Shown: positions 55,401 through 61,706 of the stretch, piece after piece
How positions within the stretch are numbered: the stretch's first letter is position 1
Layout: each line of letters opens with the position of its first letter
From: Macrostomum lignano
Taxonomy: Eukaryota
DNA length: 61,706 bases
Assembly: GCA_002269645.1 (NCBI GenBank)
Contig: NIVC01004076.1
Coordinates: forward strand, 1 to 61,706
Direction: 5' to 3'
Notes under the pieces: model-generated
What the model saw: the letters and a program-made list of their open reading frames with translations, nothing else
Databases searched by the model: none
Told to the model about the DNA's origin: nothing
Program-made: the position numbers and the translations under genes

Positions 55401-58400
55401 GACCAGCAGCTCACCTGGTATTTGTCAACAGTGTAGAACTGAATAGGAGGCGGCGGCGGCACCTTCTGAGCGATCTGAGCTAGCAGCTTCTTGCGCACCG
55501 AAGACAAATACTTGGCCAAAGCGAAGTAGCTCTCCAACAGGTCCTGGCCGCTGAACTCAGGCACCCGGCCGGAAAGCTGACCCGATCCCGGAACTCCCTC
55601 GGCGCGATAGGGTACATGGCAACCACATTGGCCGGATCAATGCTCAGCAGCTCTAACAGGTCCAGCGACTCAGCGAACTGGCGCTGGCAGAACAGGTTGA
55701 AGGCGTAGTGGCACTTCACCAGCGAGACGTCAATGTCCCGCAGCTCGTCCGCCCTGTCCGGATCCGACTGGCCGATCTCGTGCAGCCGTAGGGCCAGCTC
55801 AAAATCGCGACGCTGTATGAGAACTTTTATCTGGGCTGACAGCGGCCGCGGGTGCAGGCAGTAGACTGACTTGGCAGAGGCAGCGAACAACACGCCGCGG
55901 TGCTGGCTGACGCTGCGCAGGCTCTGCACGGGGGTGTGACTCATTAAGGCTAGGGATGTGACTCATTAAGGCTAGGGATGTGACTCATTAAGGCTAGGGA
56001 TGTGACTCATTAGAGCTGGGGATGTGACTCATTAGAGCTGGGGATGTGACTCATTAGAGCTAGAGGTGTGACTCATTAGAGCTAGGGTGTGACTTATTTG
56101 GGATTATTCATCAGGGATTAGAGCTAAGGGTGACTCATTGGAGCTAAGGGTGACTCATTGGAGCTAAGGGTGACTCATTGGAGCTAGAGGTGACTTATTG
56201 AAGCTAAGGGTGACTCATTGGAGCTAAGGGTGACTCATTGGAGCTAAGGGTGACTCATTGGAGCTAAGGGTGACTCATTGGAGCTAAGGGTGACTCATTG
56301 GAGCTAGAGGTGACTCATTGGAGCTAAGGGTGACCTGTTGAAGCTAAGGGTGACTCATTGGAGCTAAGGGTGACTCATTGGAGCTAAGGGTGACTCATTG
56401 GAGCTAGAGGTGACTTATTGGAGCTAAGAGTGACTTATTGAAGCTAAGGGTGACTCATTGGAGCTAAGGGTGACTCATTAGAGCTAAGGGTGACTCATTG
56501 GAGCTAGAGGTGACCTGTTGAAGCTAAGGGTGACTCATTGGAGCTAAGGGTGACTCATTGGAGCTAAGGGTGACTCATTGGAGCTAAGGGTGACTCATTG
56601 GAGCTAAGGGTGACTCATTGGAGCTAAGGGTGACTCATTGGAGCTAAGGGTGACTCATTAGAGCTAGAGGTGACTCATTGGAGCTAAGGGTGACCTGTTG
56701 AAGCTAAGGGTGACTCATTGGAGCTAAGGGTGACTCATTGGAGCTAAGGGTGACTCATTGGAGCTAAGGGTGACTCATTGGAGCTAGAGGTGACTCATTG
56801 GAGCTAAGGGTGACCTGTTGAAGCTAAGGGTGACTCATTGGAGCTAAGGGTGACTCATTGGAGCTAAGGGTGACTCATTGGAGCTAAGGGTGACTCATTG
56901 GAGCTAGAGGTGACTCATTGGAGCTAAGGGTGACCTGTTGAAGCTAAGGGTGACTCATTGGAGCTAAGGGTGACTCATTGGAGCTAAGGGTGACTTATTG
57001 AAGCTAAGGGTGACTCATTGGAGCTAAGGTTGACTCATTGGAGCTAAGGGTGACTCATTGGAGCTAAGGGTGACTCATTGGAGCTAGAGGTGACTCATTG
57101 GAGCTAAGGGTGACCTGTTGAAGCTAAGGGTGACTCATTGGAGCTAAGGGTGACTCATTGGAGCTAAGGGTGACTTATTGGAGCTATGGGTGACTCATTG
57201 GAGCTAAGGGTGACTCATTGGAGCTAGAGGTGAGTTATTGGATCTAGGCATGACTGGAACTCAAGGCGAGAGTGGTGGAAGAGGCGATTATCAAGGAGCT
57301 GACCTTGCAAGAAAGTGCCTGACGCGTACACAGGCACTTTCTCTGCGATGTCAGGCACGCACATACCGACTCTTTGGGGGCTAACTCATTAAGTAATCTC
57401 AAACTCACCGGAATGTCCAAATTCTGTATCAGCGAAGTCCGCTGATCAACAGTTCGAACTTCAACAAAATCGGCACAGATGCCAATCAGAAACGGGGCCA
57501 AATACTGCAGCAGCAGAGGCTCCTTGGACCACTTGACCATCAACGGCCCGTCGTTGCTTTTCTGACCGCGTCGCCAGCGGCCCTTCTCGTTGACAAACAT
57601 AGTCTTGGAGTCCTTGGAGCAGAGCGCCAGAGTGTTGCGCTCAACTGGCGCCATGACCGGGCCCGTGGCCGGTGAGAAAGGAAACAGCTCGAGGATTTCT
57701 CCGTCATCAACGCGAATTCGAAAGTAGTCGGTTTTTAATGCGACGCAAAGCGCTGTTGGGCCAATCCAGCTGACGGCTCTGGCCGCGGCGGGCAGGGCGA
57801 GTTCCTGGCGGAGCTCGGCGAACTGCGAGGCGCCAGGAGGCCAGTGGTAGAGCAGCAGCCGCTGCTTGACGTGAACGCACAGGCGCAAGTTGGATTGTCT
57901 GCCGCTTCCGCCTCCGGGATCTGCCGGGGTCTGGTGACAGCAGGCGAACAGGGAAGCGCCTCGGGTTCTGTCCAGCACGCTGAGAGCCTTCAACGTGTCC
58001 AGATTGTGCACCGAGACTGTGCCATCTGACAGGCTAATTAGCAAGCTGAGCGGTACCACAGCTTCCAGCTGCTGGATTGGCCGCTTGGAGAATGATTTGT
58101 GCGACTTCAGCAGCTGGATGGAGGGGCATTTGTCCAGGCCCGAGATGGAGTAGCTCAGCAGGTGGCCCTGTTCATGGCAGTGGGAGGAGCTGAATTATTA
58201 ATGAGTCTGAGGCTCATGGGGAATTTCTCAGACTGTGAAGACCATACTCATAGGGAATTTCTCAGATTGCAAAGACAGAAAGGCTCATAGGGAATTGCCC
58301 AGGTTGTAAAGACACAAAGGCTTATGGGGAATCGTTCTGATTGTAAAGACACAAAGGCTTATGGGGAATTGTCCAGGTTGTAAAGACACAAAGGCTCATG

Positions 58401-60088
58401 GGGAATTGCCCAGGTTGTAAAGACACAAAGGCTTATGGGGAATTGTCCAGGTTGCAAAGACACAAAGGCTCATGGGGAATTGCCCAGGTTGTAAAGACAC
58501 AAAGGCTTATGGGGAATTGTCCAGGTTGTAAAGACACAAAGGCTCATGGGGAATTGCCCAGGTTGTAAAGACACAAAGGCTCATGGGGAATTGCCCAGGT
58601 TGTAAAGACACAAAGGCTTATGGGGAATTGTTCTGATTGTAAAGACACAAAGGCTTATGGGGAATTGCCCAGGTTGTAAAGACACAAAGGCTCATGGGGA
58701 ATTGCCCAGGTTGTAAAGACACAAAGGCTTATGGGGAATTGTTCTGATTGTAAAGACACAAAGGCTTATGGGGAATTGCCCAGGTTGTAAAGACACAAAG
58801 GCTTATGGGGAATTGCCCAGGTTGTAAAGACACAAAGGCTCATGGGGAATTGCCCAGGTTGTAAAGACACAAAGGCTTATGGGGAATTGCCCAGGTTGTA
58901 AAGACACAAAGGCTCATGGGGAATTGCCCAGGTTGTAAAGACACAAAGGCTCATGGGGAATTGCCCAGGTTGTAAAGACACAAAGGCTCATGGGGAATTG
59001 CCCAGGTTGTAAAGACACAAAGGCTTATGGGGAATTGTCCAGGTTGTAAAGACACAAAGGCTCATGGGGAATTGTCCAGGTTGTAAAGACACAAAGGCTC
59101 ATGGGGAATTGCCCAGGTTGTAAAGACACAAAGGCTTATGGGGAATTGTTCTGATTGTAAAGACACAAAGGCTTATGGGGAATTGCCCAGGTTGTAAAGA
59201 CACAAAGGCTCATGGGGAATTGCCCAGGTTGTAAAGACACAAAGGCTCATGGGGAATTGCCCAGGTTGTAAAGACACAAAGGCTCATGGGGAATTGCCCA
59301 GGTTGTAAAGACACAAAGGCTTATGGGGAATTGTCCAGGTTGTAAAGACACAAAGGCTCATGGGGAATTGTCCAGGTTGTAAAGACACAAAGGCTCATGG
59401 GGAATTGCCCAGGTTGTAAAGACACAAAGGCTTATGGGGAATTGTTCTGATTGTAAAGACACAAAGGCTTATGGGGAATTGTCCAGGTTGTAAAGACACA
59501 AAGGCTCATGGGGAATTGCCCAGGTTGTAAAGACACAAAGGCTTATGGGGAATTGTTCTGATTGTAAAGACACAAAGGCTTATGGGGAATTGCCCAGGTT
59601 GTAAAGACACAAAGGCTCATGGGGAATTGCCCAGGTTGTAAAGACACAAAGGCTCATGGGGAATTGCCCAGGTTGTAAAGACACAAAGGCTTATGGGGAA
59701 TTGTTCTGATTGTAAAGACACAAAGGCTTATGGGGAATTGCCCAGGTTGTAAAGACACAAAGGCTCATGGGGAATTGCCCAGGTTGTAAAGACACAAAGG
59801 CTCATGGGGAATTGCCCAGGTTGTAAAGACACAAAGGCTCATGGGGAATTGCCCAGGTTGTAAAGACACAAAGGCTCATGGGGAATTGTCCAGGTTTTAA
59901 AAAAAGATACCGAGAACAGTGAGGATCAATCAATGTTATTACAACAATGATCTCCATGGTCTCCAAGCGGAACTAACCTGATTGGTGCCAACCAGCAGAG
60001 TGGGTCCACAGTAGGTCAGACATTCAATCTGCAGCGGCAGGTTATGCAAGATGGTGACCGCCTCGAATGGCTCGTAGTTTTCCAACAT
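49480..60088 (-). CDS. VPS39: HOPS subunit Vps39/Vam6; exons 60088-59978, 58167-57409, 55923-55415, 53775-53488, 51406-50777, 49884-49480 (one base apparently missing near 55565)
   Basis: N-terminus EPFEAVTILHNLPLQIECL...LLVGTNQGHLL, CNH domain, VDTSLLKCYL, YLQELG, and a C-terminal zinc finger CSVCQNRIGASAFARFP...HYGC. The exons total 2702 nt, one short of a full frame. Confidence 0.95.
51440..53410. repeat. 20/21-bp G-rich minisatellite in VPS39 intron 4
   Basis: Unit G(4-5)CTGCAGTGTCAGGATA, roughly 95 copies. Confidence 0.97.
53858..54915. repeat. ~24-bp minisatellite in VPS39 intron 3 with drifting variants
   Basis: GCCACTGCTATCTACTATTGACCA grades into GCCACTGCTATCTACTCCCCCTTA. Confidence 0.95.
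55067..55380 (+). mobile_element. tRNA-derived SINE, family 2 (copy B), in VPS39 intron 3
   Basis: GGGGGTAGCCTAGTGG ... GGCTCGATTCC, with a body homologous to 31020-31353 in the opposite orientation. Confidence 0.7.
55934..57245. repeat. 20-bp minisatellite with higher-order periodicity in VPS39 intron 2
   Basis: Unit GGGTGACTCATTGGAGCTAA. The variant block (GAGCTAGAGG ... GACCTGTTGAAG) recurs at multiples of 60 bp, several times every 120 bp. Confidence 0.97.
58255..59900. repeat. 37-bp minisatellite in VPS39 intron 1
   Basis: Unit GGGGAATTGCCCAGGTTGTAAAGACACAAAGGCT(C/T)AT, about 43 copies. Confidence 0.97.
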
Positions 60089-60839
60089 CACATGGCTCTC
60101 TGATGAGGCGAGCCGCCAGCAGGAACATTTGCGAACAAAATGAAATGTTTTCGTTTTTTTACAAATGTTAATTTGACGCGGAATTTTAATGATAGACGAC
60201 AAAGGAAGAATCAAAATAGTAATGTTCATGATAACTTTTCTGAATAAATTTATTAATATTAAAACATTTATGAAGCAAGTAAAACAAGATTTAAGCACTT
60301 TACGAGAATTTGGTATAGATTAACTATTAGCAATCACATTTATGCGTAAATTAAAGCAAAACAATACGCACGAAGTCTACGTACGGCATCAAGTGTGAAA
60401 GACCGCAATGCAATGCAAAAAAAAACAAAAATAGATAATGAATAACAATGTACGCTGCATTTAACAAGCAGATAAAGGAACAATCACCCATGTGCACTGA
60501 TTAAGCATTTGCAAACCAATTAACCGACAATGTATCTAGAAATATTGATACGAGTGTCGTATATTATGAATTATGGCTACTTGTGTTTACAATGACTGTT
60601 AAACTGTTGAAAAGATGAAATATTGCAATAATTAGACAGCTCATCATTAGTATTCTTCTGATGGATCATCTGCGCCTGTTAAAACACTAGTCACCGAAAT
60701 ACTTGTACGAGCTAAGGCTAATTTAAAGATTGAAAAACATTAACACACAGAACTTCTTAATCAACACACGTAACTCAAAGACACGAACTTTTAGCAACTA
60801 AAGTACACGGTTACAAATCACTTAACTAAAGATTTACAC

Positions 60840-61706
60840 TATAGAATCTCAACCCTAGTAGCTAAACTACACGGCTGGAAGCGAACCTTAGCAACAAAAG
60901 TGCACTATTGAAAAAATCCTAAAAGCATAAAAGTACACCATTGGAAGCCACACCCTAGCAACTAATAGTACACATTGGAAACCCACCTAGCAACTAAATT
61001 ACACCATTGGAAACACACCATTACGCAACTAAAGTACACTATTGGAAACCCACCCTAGCAACTAAAGTAACCATTAGAACACACCACTAGCAACTAAAGT
61101 ACACTATTGGAAACCCACCCTAGCAACTAAAGCACACTTATTGGAAACCCACCATAGCAACTAAAGTACACATTGGAACCCACCCTAGCAACTAAAGTAC
61201 ACCCTTGGAAACAACCCATAGCAACTAAAGTACACCATTGGAAACCACCATAGCAACTAAAGTACACTATTGGAAACCACCCTAGCAACTAAAGTACACC
61301 ATTGGAAAACCCACTAGCAAACTAAAGTACACCATTGGAAACCCACTCTAGCAACTAAAGCTACACCATTGGAAACACACCATAGAACTAAAGTACACCA
61401 TTGGAAACACTTAGCAACTAAAGTACACTATTGGAAACCCACCCTAGCAACTAAAGCACACTATTGGAAACCCACCATATCAACTAAAGCTACACTGTTG
61501 GAAACACACCCTTAGCAACTAAATTACACTATTGGAAACCCACCCTAGCAACTAAGTACAGCATTGGAAACCCACTCTACAACTAAAGTACACTATTGGA
61601 AACTCACTCTTGCAACTAAAGTACACCATTGGAAGCCCACTCTAGCACCTAAAGTACACTATAGGAAACTCACCCTTACAACTAAAGTACACCATTGAAA
61701 CACACC
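60840..61706. repeat. ~33-bp minisatellite upstream of VPS39, indel-rich, running off the window
   Basis: Unit AGCAACTAAAGTACACCATTGGAAACCCACCCT with frequent 1-bp indels. Confidence 0.9.

Noticed and set aside
34121-59900. Universal C-rich bias of repeats on the transcribed strand
   Set aside because: It holds for several arrays but is reversed in OTC intron 1, VPS39 intron 3 and the 48-kb array.
34121-61706. CRISPR-like arrays
   Set aside because: Units are contiguous with no unique spacers, there are no cas genes, and the context is eukaryotic spliced genes.
60840-61706. Telomere or contig-end satellite with biological hypervariability
   Set aside because: The unit is 33 bp, not TTAGGG-like, and the scattered 1-bp indels fit low-quality long-read consensus at least as well.

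Overview
Eukaryotic (metazoan) genomic DNA with two sharply different halves. The style (GC-rich exons, minisatellite-filled introns, intronless GPCR tandem array) suggests a free-living flatworm such as Macrostomum; this is inference, not proven. Left half (1 to ~32 kb): a transposon-rich accessory region holding a tandem array of five co-oriented intronless class A GPCR paralogues (3 intact, 2 pseudogenes) with patchwork similarity, plus an ALK/LTK-type glycine-rich exon. It also holds a four-level nested insertion that reconstructs base by base: GPCR pseudogene < Ginger1-type integrase transposon (CCGG TSD) < CryptonA-type tyrosine-recombinase element with fold-back ends (CAATG direct repeat) < 700-bp long-TIR MITE (8-bp TSD). 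Gypsy, RTE-like LINE, ITm, hAT-like, SINE and MITE relics are also present. Right half (~32.7-61.7 kb): five housekeeping genes all on the minus strand (VPS39, OTC, EMC3, C1QBP, TJAP1/BEGAIN-like). Nearly every intron and spacer there carries its own distinct minisatellite, and unpaired splice acceptors lie just upstream of most start codons, so this is a possible trans-spliced operon.
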